A DNA stretch of 64,000 nt from Kiritimatiellia bacterium (GCA_017531445.1 JAFXKZ010000002.1:85213-149212); one strand, 5' to 3'; counted from the first letter of the stretch, positions 9,321 through 19,500 are shown. Translations and numbers: made by a program. The notes: a model not told the origin generated them from the sequence alone.

Positions 9321-10132
9321 TGGGCTGGCGAATCGTCTTGAAAATCAGGAGACTTTTCGGAAAAAGCGCGGCACTCTGCGCGGCACTCTTGCTTGCATTT
9401 CCAATTGTTGCTGCGGATTCTGAAACGGTAAATAATCTATTTGAAGCCGCGCTTCAGTCGATTTATCCTCCTCCAGCAACCCCACCAGAGGTCGCAGAAG
9501 CAATATGTCTGCAGTGCAAAGGCACCGGTCAGGTGCGAAGCCGGTTCCAGAACAAAGCCACCCCTGCGCCACAGAAACAGACGTCACGTTATCAAACACG
9601 ATTGGATAAGTCGAAGGACTTTATGGTGCCGTGCAACGAATGCAAAGGGCAAAAGCGGTATTTGCGTAAATTGACGTTGAAGGAACGTTTGGAGCGATTT
9701 CACGCTTGTCGCCGTCAATATGATCTGGAGCATGCAAAGCTTTGCCACCTCCCATTTGGACAGGCTTACGTCGCTCTTGGTCAATTGGATGCGCTTGATC
9801 CGGAAACGTTTGCTCGTTTAGCAGCGCAATTTCCCGGTCTGTGCGAGACGTGTCATGGCTTTGCGGCACTTCCGTGTGAGCGATGCGACAGTTTCGGCAG
9901 GATAGAGAAAACGAATCAAGACCAAGATGACGTTTTGCCGGATGTCCGCATAGAGGTTTGTACAACTTGTGATGGGAAAGGCGAAAAACCGTGCAAACGG
10001 TGTGACGGTTCAGGGCTTTTGAAGCGTTGCCGTCGCTGTAAAGGCACTGGAATTGCGCGAAAAGCGGCAACGAAAAAGCGACCGGAAACGCTTGAACGGT
10101 GCCGCTCATGTGAGGGGATGTGTCGGCGTTAG
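9320..10132 (+). CDS. Hypothetical protein with a signal peptide and eight DnaJ-type CxxCxGxG-like repeats
   Basis: CLQCKGTG, CNECKG, CETCHG, CERCDSFG, CTTCDGKG, CKRCDGSG, CRRCKGTG and CRSCEG; hydrophobic N-terminus ending in VAA/DS. Confidence 0.7.
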   Translation: MGWRIVLKIRRLFGKSAALCAALLLAFPIVAADSETVNNLFEAALQSIYPPPATPPEVAEAICLQCKGTGQVRSRFQNKATPAPQKQTSRYQTRLDKSKDFMVPCNECKGQKRYLRKLTLKERLERFHACRRQYDLEHAKLCHLPFGQAYVALGQLDALDPETFARLAAQFPGLCETCHGFAALPCERCDSFGRIEKTNQDQDDVLPDVRIEVCTTCDGKGEKPCKRCDGSGLLKRCRRCKGTGIARKAATKKRPETLERCRSCEGMCRR

Positions 10133-10326
10133 GTGGGAACCGGAAGGAGAGGGGTAGCCACGTAAAAGGTCGCTTGACAAAACTTTTTGGGTGGCAATAC
10201 GGGATTCTCCTGGATGAGGTGCGAAGCAATTTGCCGCTTGATTCATGTGCGGAACGTGTGCATTGGAATGCCATGCTTCAGGGTTTGTTTTCAAAACGAG
10301 TGGCATTAAATCTTCAGACGCAAACA

Positions 10327-10366
10327 AAAAGAACGCCGGATTAAATGAATAAACGGGCGTTCTTTT
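10327..10366. terminator. Possible bidirectional terminator between convergent genes
   Basis: AAAAGAACGCC...GGCGTTCTTTT inverted repeat with a long loop. Confidence 0.4.
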
Positions 10367-10511
10367 GATGTTTTTTGTGCGTCTGATGGCGCAGGCGCAG
10401 TTGCTTGTAGCATGAAATATGCTTTCGGGACGCACTGCTCTACGGCATCATATTTCCGATGTCAAATCTATCCAAAGGAACCTCAAAAGAGGGTTTTGAA
10501 TGCGATTTGAT

Positions 10512-12233
10512 TTATTTTGCCTTGAAGGAGTCTTTCAAGGTTACGGTGCGGTTGAATACCGGAGCTCCGGGTTTTGAAGCGTGGATGTCTGGAGTAAAAT
10601 AGCCAACGCGTTCAAATTGATAGTATTCTCCCGGGCGTGCTTCAGCAAGATGCGGCTCTACATAACCTGTTATGACCTTGACACTTTCAGGAGCAAGTGC
10701 GTCCAAAAAGTTTCCGCTTGGGGCACTCATCGGGTCTTCCAACGCGAACAGCCGATCATAGAGACGCACTTCAACAGCTTTGGCATATGCCGCACTGACC
10801 CAATGGATGGTTCCTTTCACTTTACGGCCATCAGAAGGATTGCCGCCTTTACTGACAGGATCATAAGTGCCATGAATCTCGGTAACAACGCCCTGTTCAT
10901 CTTTTACGACATGTGTGCAGGTGAATAGGCAGAGGCCACGCAAGCGCACTTCGTTCCCAACGGTTACGCGGAAGAACTTCTTAACCGGCACTTCCATAAA
11001 ATCGTCCCGGTCGATCCACAATTCACGTGTTGCGTGGATTGTCCGCTTGCCTGCGCTTTCGTTTTCCGGATTGTTCGGCACTTCTGCGGTGAGTTCAACA
11101 CCTTCCGGAAGATTGTCAATGATGAGTTTTACCGGATTTAATACGGCCATCCGACGTGTGGCATTGCGATTCAACTCGTCACGGACGCACCACTCCAGGA
11201 GGGCAAGGTCGGTGAGCGATTTATATTTGGAGATGCCGGTGCGTTCGCAGAGATCGCGGATGGCCGCCGCCGGATAGCCGCGCCGGCGCATACCTGCTAC
11301 AGTCGGCATCCGCGGATCGTCCCATCCGTCCACGTGCCCTTCCTCAACCAATTGGCGTAACAGCCGCTTGCTCATCACCGTGTAGGTGAGGTTGAGCCGG
11401 GCAAATTCGCGTTGTTGCGGACGAATGGTTTTGCCATTCCTTACAACGAGACGGCCTTGCTCTTCAAGGCGATCGATGACCCAATCATACAGCGGACGGT
11501 GGACTTCAAATTCGAGTGTACACATGGAGTGCGTAACGCCCTCAAGCGCATCTTCAATGGGATGGGCAAAGTCATACATCGGGTAACAGTGCCACGTATC
11601 ACCGGTATGATAATGCGGCTGGTGAACGATGCGGTAGATCACCGGATCGCGGAAATGGATATTGGGCGAAGCCATGTCGATTTTTGCGCGCAGGCAGTGC
11701 GTCCCTTCTGCAAAATCACCGGCGCGCATCCGGCGGAAGAGTGTTAGGTTCTCTTCAACGCTGCGGTCGCGATACGGGGAAAATCGTCCCGGCTCTTGCG
11801 GGATGCCACGGTAGGCTTTCCACTCTTCTTGTGTGAGGTCGCAAACGTATGCTTGTCCGCGGCGAATCAGTTCTTCTGCGATGTCCCACATCGTTTCAAA
11901 CATATCGCAGGCATAGAAAAACTTGTCCCACTTATAACCCAACCACGTGATGTCTTGCTTTAATTGCTCAACGAATTCATCTGTTTCTTTGGAAGGATTG
12001 GTGTCATCCATGCGCAAATGACAGGAACCATTGAAGTGTTTTGCCATGCCGAAGTCCACCCAGACGGCTTTTGCATGTCCGATGTGAATCCATCCGTTCG
12101 GTTCCGGAGGGAAACGGGTGACAACGGTGCCATCGTTTTTACCGGCGGCGAGGTCTTCTTCAATCCATTGACGCAAGAAATGGCGCGCTGTATCGGATTC
12201 TGCCGCAGGCGTGGTGAGTTCTTTTTCTTCCAT
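10512..12233 (-). CDS. glnS: Glutamine--tRNA ligase
   Basis: TRFPPEPNGWIHIGHAK (HIGH), VMSKR (KMSKS-like), QFERVGYF and FNRTVTLKD. Confidence 0.97.
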   Translation of the reverse strand: MEEKELTTPAAESDTARHFLRQWIEEDLAAGKNDGTVVTRFPPEPNGWIHIGHAKAVWVDFGMAKHFNGSCHLRMDDTNPSKETDEFVEQLKQDITWLGYKWDKFFYACDMFETMWDIAEELIRRGQAYVCDLTQEEWKAYRGIPQEPGRFSPYRDRSVEENLTLFRRMRAGDFAEGTHCLRAKIDMASPNIHFRDPVIYRIVHQPHYHTGDTWHCYPMYDFAHPIEDALEGVTHSMCTLEFEVHRPLYDWVIDRLEEQGRLVVRNGKTIRPQQREFARLNLTYTVMSKRLLRQLVEEGHVDGWDDPRMPTVAGMRRRGYPAAAIRDLCERTGISKYKSLTDLALLEWCVRDELNRNATRRMAVLNPVKLIIDNLPEGVELTAEVPNNPENESAGKRTIHATRELWIDRDDFMEVPVKKFFRVTVGNEVRLRGLCLFTCTHVVKDEQGVVTEIHGTYDPVSKGGNPSDGRKVKGTIHWVSAAYAKAVEVRLYDRLFALEDPMSAPSGNFLDALAPESVKVITGYVEPHLAEARPGEYYQFERVGYFTPDIHASKPGAPVFNRTVTLKDSFKAK

Positions 12234-12314
12234 AAGATACATTTCCTTCAAAGTAAAATCCGCATAAGTATAGCAAATTTACGCACGATGAAATTATTTT
12301 GCTACACTGTTGCC

Positions 12315-13247
12315 ATGAAGTTTTCGCTGTCCAGTTCCTATTTTGCAGGGCGTCGTTATACGCCGGATGTGATGGTCGCACAAACGGTTGCGCTCGGATT
12401 TGATGCGCTTGAATTGGGTTATTTTACGCGTGAGGTGGAGTTGGACGCCTGGCAGATGGCGTTGGCACGTGAGGGTGCTTCGGTTTCCAGTATTCACGCC
12501 TTTTGCCCGATGCCGCTTGAAATGCCGCAACTGGGGCCGGAAGTGTTCAGTCTTGCTGCACCGGAGCACGAGGAGCGACAGGCGGCGATACGGGCGATGT
12601 TGCGTACACTGGAAGCGGCGGTGCGCTTCGGTGCGCGTGCGGTTGTTACGCATGGTGGTCGGGTGGAGTTACGCGAGCCGGCGCGTTTGTTTGGTCGTCG
12701 CCCTTACCGTTCACGTTTGTCTCAATCGCTTGAACAGTTGGGATTTATTGATGAATCCCTGGTGGAGCGCGAGCGGGCGTTTCGTGAAAGTGCCGCGCCC
12801 AAGTGGCTGGATGCCGTCTCTTTTTCGTTGGAAGTGCTGTTGCCGCATTTTGAAGCCGCCGGTGTGGCACTCGCCTTTGAGAATCTCCCCGGGATTGAAG
12901 CGTTCCCGGATCCTGCCGAGTGTGCATTTCTGCGTGAACGCTTCCCATCGACCGCGCTTGCTGCGTGGTATGATATCGGGCACGGTGAACGTAAGGCACG
13001 AACGGGCGATTGGCCTGTACAGGAGACATTGTCGCTCACGTATCCGTTTACGGTAGGTGTACATATCCATGATGTACGTGGTTTGGAAGAAGACCATTGT
13101 GCGCCGGGAGATGGAACGGTAGATTTCCGGATGCTGCTGCCGCTTTTGAAGAAAGAGGGATTGATTCGCGTCTTTGAACCTTCGCCGAACGTCTCTGCCG
13201 CCGCGTTGCAATCCGGCCTCCAGCGTATACGCACGCTTCTGGAATAA
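12315..13247 (+). CDS. Sugar phosphate isomerase/epimerase (xylose isomerase-like TIM barrel)
   Basis: SSIHAF, FENLP, WYDIGH, HIHD, DHCAPGDG and FEP metal-binding motifs. Confidence 0.85.
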   Translation: MKFSLSSSYFAGRRYTPDVMVAQTVALGFDALELGYFTREVELDAWQMALAREGASVSSIHAFCPMPLEMPQLGPEVFSLAAPEHEERQAAIRAMLRTLEAAVRFGARAVVTHGGRVELREPARLFGRRPYRSRLSQSLEQLGFIDESLVERERAFRESAAPKWLDAVSFSLEVLLPHFEAAGVALAFENLPGIEAFPDPAECAFLRERFPSTALAAWYDIGHGERKARTGDWPVQETLSLTYPFTVGVHIHDVRGLEEDHCAPGDGTVDFRMLLPLLKKEGLIRVFEPSPNVSAAALQSGLQRIRTLLE

Positions 13248-13451
13248 TTTTCATTCTGCCTTTTTGTTTGTTTTGAAGACAGTCTCTTTTTTACCGGAAA
13301 AGGTAAATACAGAGGGGATGTCTTTCCGTGCGTAATCCCGGAGTCGGCACGCAACAATCCTTGAAAAATGAACACATGCGCATGGAACGCGGGATGAATG
13401 AAAAGGGGTTTATCGGGAGGAGAATTGAATCCCGCCGATACCGGAAGTGTA

Positions 13452-13515
13452 TGTGGGCGAAATGCGGCGTCAATTTCGGCGATGTTCAGGGGGCAAAGCC
13501 GCCCATGTTGAAACA
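13452..13515. repeat. Dispersed intergenic element, copy 2
   Basis: GTGGGCGAAA...TTCGGCGATGTTCAGGGGGCAAAGCCGCCCATGTTGAAACA. Confidence 0.55.
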
Positions 13516-13663
13516 CGATTCCGCCAAGGCGTGGAGGATGAAATGACGTTGGAGAGCGGAGAGGTGTGGCCTCAGTATTCGTTGAAGGCGGTTTACGACT
13601 TATAAAATGTGCGCGTAGGCTGTTCAGGGGGATGTTTGAGGAGCGTGGCACTTAAAAGGGAGT

Positions 13664-13693
13664 TTGTTGTGAGGATGAGCGATATGGTATAAT
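13664..13693 (+). promoter_or_regulatory. Sigma70 promoter with extended -10 for the PKS-like operon
   Basis: TTGTTG-18 nt-TATAAT, with TG one base upstream of the -10 hexamer (TGGTATAAT). Confidence 0.6.
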
Positions 13694-13717
13694 GAAGCAG
13701 GTTTTGGAGTTGCAGTT

Positions 13718-15109
13718 ATGCGATCGAATTCTGCAGAGAGTATTGTTTTTACCGGACTGAGTGGCTGTTTTGCCCGCGCGACGACGCCGAGGGAAATATG
13801 GAAGGCGATTTTGCGCAAACGCAATTTCTTTATGCCACTTCCCGAAACGGCCGATGGGCATACCGCCGATGAATTGATTTCCGGGTGTCCGCTTCCGGAA
13901 GTGTGTGCTTCGCTGGATGATTGTTTTTCTTGCCGGGCGGATCATATCCCGTTGCCGCCGGATGTCGGCATTGGCGATAATACAGATTTTTGGTTTGCGG
14001 CGCAGTTGCTGCATGATGCGCTTTGTGATGCAGGGTTGCCTCCCGGTGCAAATCATACGGATCGAATCGCGCTTTTTGTCGGGTATGATGCGGGGTTGAA
14101 TCCCGCCTTGGTCAATTGGCTGTGGCATGCCAATGCCGTAGGGCAGATTCTGGGGACGCTGCAACGCTTTTTCCCGGATGCAACCTACGAACAGATGGAT
14201 GCTTTGCGGGCGGAAATTACCAATACATTGCCACTGTTGAAGCGGCGTCAACTGGCCTTGTCGCGCGGTGATGGCGTGGTGCGCGCCTTGGCGCAAACCA
14301 TTGGAGCTTGCGATACGGCCAGTCTTTGCACGGCGGGAGAAAGTTCTGTTTTCGCCGGATTGGAAGCCGCTTCAAATGCGTTGCGTCAACGGCAATGCGA
14401 TGTAGCGGTCGTATTAACGTTGCAGCCTCCGATCCCACAAACGCAGATGGCCGGCGAAGCAGCGTTGACACCTTTTGCGAAAGGGGGTGTGCTGGCTCCC
14501 TTTACTGCAACTGCATCCGGAACGCTTCCGGGAGAAGGTGGGGCTGCATTTGTCTTGCGTCGCATGAGCGATGTGTATGGATCTGAGCCGATTTATGCAA
14601 AATTGCATGGTTGCAGTCAGATCTCAGGTATCCCGCCGGATACGCCGGAGGCTCTGGAAGAATCGCTCCGTCGCGCTCTGCATCGGGCGTTGCGTCGCAT
14701 CCCCAATGGTTTCCGTGATATTGATTACTGGGAAATGAATGCCTCCGGTATTCCACAAGAAGATGCGGCAGAAGAAGCGTTATTGAGGAAATTGACTATC
14801 AATCGGGGCGCGCATATTCCCCTGCTGGCTCTTGGTTCGGCAAAGACTTCTTTCGGTCATACGCTTACCGCTGCCGGAGCATTAGGATTGCTGAAAGGTC
14901 TGCTGGCGGTGAAACATTGCGTATTGCCTCCTTCTGTGACGCCTGTGGATGAAACGTTTCGTTTGAAAGAATCGGAGCATGCTTACTATTGGGTTCAGGA
15001 AGCACGCCCCTGGATTGCTTCCTCCATGCGGCCACGGCGATTGGCGGTTTCAACCATCTCTCATACCGGACGCTCCGGTGCTGCCATCCTTGAGGAGGTG
15101 ACCGAATGA
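13718..15109 (+). CDS. Beta-ketoacyl synthase-like protein lacking the catalytic Cys (chain-length-factor type, PUFA-synthase-like)
   Basis: KS scaffold motifs PFTATASGTLPGEGGAAFVLRR, GSAKTSFGHT and KGLLAVKH..LPP; TAGESSV replaces TACSSSL and EMNASG replaces EAHGTG. Confidence 0.8.
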   Translation: MRSNSAESIVFTGLSGCFARATTPREIWKAILRKRNFFMPLPETADGHTADELISGCPLPEVCASLDDCFSCRADHIPLPPDVGIGDNTDFWFAAQLLHDALCDAGLPPGANHTDRIALFVGYDAGLNPALVNWLWHANAVGQILGTLQRFFPDATYEQMDALRAEITNTLPLLKRRQLALSRGDGVVRALAQTIGACDTASLCTAGESSVFAGLEAASNALRQRQCDVAVVLTLQPPIPQTQMAGEAALTPFAKGGVLAPFTATASGTLPGEGGAAFVLRRMSDVYGSEPIYAKLHGCSQISGIPPDTPEALEESLRRALHRALRRIPNGFRDIDYWEMNASGIPQEDAAEEALLRKLTINRGAHIPLLALGSAKTSFGHTLTAAGALGLLKGLLAVKHCVLPPSVTPVDETFRLKESEHAYYWVQEARPWIASSMRPRRLAVSTISHTGRSGAAILEEVTE

Positions 15110-18100
15110 GACTGGAACGATCAGAAGGTGTTTTATGTTTGATTGGTGCAGCATCGATTCCGGCTTTGGCAGATGAGGTGTTGCGCATTCAGGCTTTTAT
15201 TGAAAAAAGCACCGGGTTGCGATTGATTGATGTGGTCTATACGGCCACTTGTGATGCACGTAAGCATCCCTGTGTGGTGGGATTATGGGTAAACTCCTTG
15301 GAGGAGATGGTGCGTAAATTACGCTTTGCCTGTAACGCATTGCGCAGCGGAAGAACGCGAATGCGCGACAAGTCCGGCGTCTTTTTTACAACGCGCCCGC
15401 TCGTTCACTCCGGCGGAAAAGTAGCGTTTGTCTTCCCCGGTACAGGCAGTTTCCACTTGGAAATGATGCGTGATCTCGCCTTGACCTTTGATGGTGTTCG
15501 CCAACGTTTTGACGACATGGAGGAGGCTTTTTCAGGCTTTTGCGATGTTGCTTCCCCCTCTGAATGGCTTTTTTCGACAGCACCGGAGCATACACTTTCT
15601 TTAGCCGCATCGCGTGATTTCCTGCCACTTCTCGCCTCGGCTTCCACCTATCTTGCCAGTAAAGTCTTTGCTGATTTCCTCTTGTCGGTGGGGGTTAAGC
15701 CCGATGCTGTCTGCGGCGTTGGGCTGGGGGCTTTCTCGGCCTTTCATGCAACACACCACAATCCGAAGTTGAGTTTGGTTCAGATTTTGAGAGATGCCGG
15801 GCGTCTTCTATTGCGGTTGAGTTCGGAAGCGACTGAGTTTACCGGATGGACACAGTTGACGGTTTCCGGAATGCCAGTCAGTGCATTGCAAAATCTCGCA
15901 CGGCGCAATCCCCAAAAAATGATTGTCGCACAAACGTTAACTGAGAATGACTGTATTGTGATGGTCTCGCCGGAAAAACGGTCGGAAGCGGAGATTGCAA
16001 TTGCAAACAGTGGTGGTGTTTCAGTGGCAGAGCCACTTGTTATTGCTGTAAATACAGGGCAGACGCCGCCTAATCTTAAGGCGTTGTTTGAACAATTCTT
16101 CCAGCGTCATGTTACTTGTGAACCGCAAGTCCCGTTTTATTCTGCGGTAACAGCAGAGCGTATGGACGCTTCAATGACGGCTGTTGTCGAGGGTCTCGCC
16201 GAGCAGATGTGCCAACCCTTGGATTTCGCTGCAATGATTCGTAAAATGTATGCCGACGGGTGTCGAATCTTTGTTGAGGTGGGTGCGCGTGGATTGTTGA
16301 CGCCATTGATTGCGACCGTGTTGGCAGATGTGGAGGAACCTCCGGCAGTGATTCCAATGCAAGTGCTGCATCGTTCCGGAGGTGTTCAGGTAGGGCAGGC
16401 CCTGGGATTGCTGGCAGCGCATGGTGTTCCGGTGGACTATTCCAAGATACGCTTCTTTAATCATGCAAAACGTTTGGACTTTTCTACTCCGATTGCGGAT
16501 GAAATGAGTAATCTTCTGACGCTGAAGCTTTTGCGTGATTTGCCCGCGATCCGACCGGAATTGATCGATGTTTCACGTGTGTTGAGTATGCAACAGACTG
16601 TCTTTTCCGATGAAACTGGCGCATCACATACGCATACCTTCTCTGCAGAACTTCCGAGGGATGGGTTGGAATCTCCGCTTTTGCGCGGCGCGACAGAGTT
16701 CGCCCGGACGCCGGAGATGCTTGGGTTGCGGTGTGTGCTTCGTCTGGAAGATTATCCATATCTGAATGATTACGCTATCGGCACCTCCGGCGTTTCGATG
16801 CATGATCCGCAAATGCGCGGACTGACACTCTTCTCTGTGACTTCCAGCCTTGAGATTATGGCAGAGACGGCTCAACGGCTTTTGCCGCGCCTTGCGCTTC
16901 ACAGTGTTGAGCATCTTCGTGCGCCTCGCTGGCAATCGTTTACGTTTGGTACATTGAAATTGCGCATTATTGCGGAGTGTATACCTGCGGCTTCGGAAGC
17001 ACTTCGCGCGGTTAAAGTGCGTATTTATCCGGAGGACCTTGCCGGAGAAGCGGCGCATGTCGCGGTGGAAGCGGTCTTTTTCTTTACCGAAACGATTCCG
17101 GAACCGCAGGAAGAATTACCGACTTCGCCTTTGGTCAGCCCGAAAGTGGTTAACTGGATGGCGCATGATATCTATCCACAACGCCTTTTCCAAGGGCCGC
17201 TTTTGCGGAATGTCCGAAAAGTGTCGGGATGGGGCTATAATGGTTTGGACTACGAGGTGCGGATGCCCTCTCGCGCGGCGGCTGTGCGTCATACGCGCAA
17301 TCCGCTTTTTGTGACGATGCCGCTTTTGCTGGACGCTGTCGTGTCAGGATTCCCGTTGTGGCGTTCGCATGAGCGTTTTCATGGTGCGATTTCGCTTCCG
17401 TTCCGTTGCCAAAAAATCAATTACTATGCCACGATGGTGCCGATTGGGACGCGTCTGCGCTGTGCCTTGCGTTTGGTCAATGTTACGGTGCGTACGTTCC
17501 AGGTGGAGATTCTTGTTACGGATCTTTCGGGGCATCCGATTTTACGGATAGAGGGATGGGAAGAGGTCGGCGGTCGTGCCGTAAGGACACTGCATGACTA
17601 TATCATGAATCCGGCCAAGAACTATATCACGAAGCCGTTGCCTTCGGCGATTTTGCCGGATCCGGAAGTCAGTATCATCGGTGCGCTCTATGTGAATGAT
17701 GCGCCGGACTTCTTTATCTCCAATCAGGAGTTGTGGTTGAGTGCGCTGGCTTCAGCCGTATTGACTGCAAATGAACGGGAAAATTATGCCCAAATGGGTG
17801 GCGTAGCTCCGCGTCGTTTGGAATGGTTGTTGGGGCGAACTGCAGCGAAGGAAGCCGTGCGCCGGTTGCTGGTAGAGAACTACAACATCTATGAATCTTC
17901 TGCCGATATTGCGGTTTGGAAAGATAATATGGGCAAACCCCATCCGCTGGGAGATTGGGAGGCACACGTCTCGACACCGATCGATCTTTCCATCGCACAT
18001 ACGGAAGGTCTGATATTGGGTGCGGCAACGGCCCAAGGACGTATTGGTTTGGATGTTGAATCGGTTAAACGCGATTTGACCGAGGAGTTCTTAAGGGGGG

Positions 18101-18399
18101 TCTTCACGCTTGAGGAACAGGAATTGGCCACGATGAGCGGTGATGGTCCTACGGCTGTTTTGCGCTTCTGGTGTGCAAAAGAAGCCATTTCCAAGGCACT
18201 TGGTGTAGGCATCCGATTCTCTCCGACGGATTTGCGCATCCGCACGTCAGATCCTGCTACGGGGATGCTCGGCATGGACCTTTGCGGAGCATGGGCGGAA
18301 CACTTCCCAATGTTTCGGAACACACGTATCGCGATTAAGACCTGTGTGCTGTATGATCACGCGATCGCGTGTTGTATTTTGCCGAACTTCCAAGTGTAA
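15106..18399 (+). CDS. Degenerate PKS protein: AT-like plus double hot-dog DH-like domains fused to a C-terminal Sfp-type 4'-phosphopantetheinyl transferase
   Basis: AT-like VFPGTGSF, GVGLG, FYSAVTA and IFVEVGARG; DH-like PYLNDYAIG, LFQGP and LLDAVV; PPTase EWLLGRTAAKEAV, GKP, SIAHT, IGLDVE and WCAKEAISKALG. ATGA overlap with the upstream gene. Confidence 0.8.
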   Translation: MRLERSEGVLCLIGAASIPALADEVLRIQAFIEKSTGLRLIDVVYTATCDARKHPCVVGLWVNSLEEMVRKLRFACNALRSGRTRMRDKSGVFFTTRPLVHSGGKVAFVFPGTGSFHLEMMRDLALTFDGVRQRFDDMEEAFSGFCDVASPSEWLFSTAPEHTLSLAASRDFLPLLASASTYLASKVFADFLLSVGVKPDAVCGVGLGAFSAFHATHHNPKLSLVQILRDAGRLLLRLSSEATEFTGWTQLTVSGMPVSALQNLARRNPQKMIVAQTLTENDCIVMVSPEKRSEAEIAIANSGGVSVAEPLVIAVNTGQTPPNLKALFEQFFQRHVTCEPQVPFYSAVTAERMDASMTAVVEGLAEQMCQPLDFAAMIRKMYADGCRIFVEVGARGLLTPLIATVLADVEEPPAVIPMQVLHRSGGVQVGQALGLLAAHGVPVDYSKIRFFNHAKRLDFSTPIADEMSNLLTLKLLRDLPAIRPELIDVSRVLSMQQTVFSDETGASHTHTFSAELPRDGLESPLLRGATEFARTPEMLGLRCVLRLEDYPYLNDYAIGTSGVSMHDPQMRGLTLFSVTSSLEIMAETAQRLLPRLALHSVEHLRAPRWQSFTFGTLKLRIIAECIPAASEALRAVKVRIYPEDLAGEAAHVAVEAVFFFTETIPEPQEELPTSPLVSPKVVNWMAHDIYPQRLFQGPLLRNVRKVSGWGYNGLDYEVRMPSRAAAVRHTRNPLFVTMPLLLDAVVSGFPLWRSHERFHGAISLPFRCQKINYYATMVPIGTRLRCALRLVNVTVRTFQVEILVTDLSGHPILRIEGWEEVGGRAVRTLHDYIMNPAKNYITKPLPSAILPDPEVSIIGALYVNDAPDFFISNQELWLSALASAVLTANERENYAQMGGVAPRRLEWLLGRTAAKEAVRRLLVENYNIYESSADIAVWKDNMGKPHPLGDWEAHVSTPIDLSIAHTEGLILGAATAQGRIGLDVESVKRDLTEEFLRGVFTLEEQELATMSGDGPTAVLRFWCAKEAISKALGVGIRFSPTDLRIRTSDPATGMLGMDLCGAWAEHFPMFRNTRIAIKTCVLYDHAIACCILPNFQV

Positions 18400-18425
18400 G
18401 TTTGTGCGTAAAATGGTCAAACTAA

Positions 18426-18459
18426 TGCCGTGCAGAGGTCGTAAAGTCTCTGCACGGCA
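18426..18459. terminator. Hairpin/terminator between the convergent PKS-like gene and hemB
   Basis: TGCCGTGCAGAG-10 nt-CTCTGCACGGCA perfect 12-bp stem. Confidence 0.7.
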
Positions 18460-18480
18460 ATTGATTTCGGTGGCACAAAT

Positions 18481-19485
18481 TCAGCAGTTTTTGCCAAAGA
18501 ACCGTTGATATTGTGAAGCCCAATACGAGATAATCAAATCGCTTCCCGCACGAACAATGCTCATGGTGCTTTCACGGACAAGGTCGCCCAAGTCGCCCCA
18601 ACCGCGTTCTGCCATGGCAATGAGCATTGCGTATTCTCCACTGACATTATAGGCGGCGACCGGCAACAGCGTTTTTTCGCGCACCGCACGAATCATGTCC
18701 AGATAGAACAGTGCAGGTTTTACCATCAGGATATCAGCTCCTTCAGCTTCATCCAGAATAGATTCCATCAATGCATTGCGGGGGTTGGCATAGGAGGCTT
18801 GATAGCTTTTCCGGTCGGAGGGCATTCCCGGGCGCGCTCGCGGTGCGCTTCCTTCTGCATCGCGGAAAGGACCATAACATGCCGAAGCGAACTTGGTAGA
18901 ATAGGCCATTAAAAGGGTGTTTTGAAACGCATTCTCTGTCAAGGCTGAGCGGATGGCTGCGATTTGTCCGTCCATCATGGCAGAGGGTGCCACAACGTCC
19001 GCGCCTGCGGCTGCGTGGGAAAGTGCGGTTTTCGCCAAACACAAACAAGCGGCGTCATGGTCAAGCGATCCATCCGGACGCAAAGGGGCACAATGGCCAT
19101 GATCGGTATATGCGCAGAGGCATACATCCGTCATGATGGTGAGTTGCGGGAATTCGCGCTTCAGCAAACGGACGGCTTGTTGCACTGCGCCGGCATCATT
19201 CCACGCTTGTGAACCGCCGTTGTCTTTGGGGTGATCCGTCTGACCGAACAACAACACAGAGCCGATCCCTTGGTTGACTACAGCTTCAACGCCTTTAAGA
19301 AGCGTATCCGGTGAATAACGGAATTGGCCGGGCATTGAGGAAATTTCTTCACGGATGTTTGCCCCCGGAACAACAAACGTCGGCCAACACCATTTGGCTG
19401 GTGAGGGGACTTCAAGGTCAAACATCGCACGGATGCCTTCAGTTTTACGCAAGCGGCTGAGACGGAGATCGGGATATGTATTCAT
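18481..19485 (-). CDS. hemB: Porphobilinogen synthase (delta-aminolevulinate dehydratase), Zn-type
   Basis: DVCLCAYTDHGHC, APSAMMDGQI, YSTKFAS..YGPFRDA, MVKPA and AYNVSGEY. Confidence 0.97.
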   Translation of the reverse strand: MNTYPDLRLSRLRKTEGIRAMFDLEVPSPAKWCWPTFVVPGANIREEISSMPGQFRYSPDTLLKGVEAVVNQGIGSVLLFGQTDHPKDNGGSQAWNDAGAVQQAVRLLKREFPQLTIMTDVCLCAYTDHGHCAPLRPDGSLDHDAACLCLAKTALSHAAAGADVVAPSAMMDGQIAAIRSALTENAFQNTLLMAYSTKFASACYGPFRDAEGSAPRARPGMPSDRKSYQASYANPRNALMESILDEAEGADILMVKPALFYLDMIRAVREKTLLPVAAYNVSGEYAMLIAMAERGWGDLGDLVRESTMSIVRAGSDLIISYWASQYQRFFGKNC

Positions 19486-19491
19486 CCCACA

Positions 19492-19500
19492 ATTATAACA
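19492..19500 (-). promoter_or_regulatory. Extended -10 element 6 nt upstream of the hemB ATG (leaderless-type)
   Basis: Minus strand reads TGTTATAAT-tgtggg-ATG, with no Shine-Dalgarno sequence. Confidence 0.6.
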
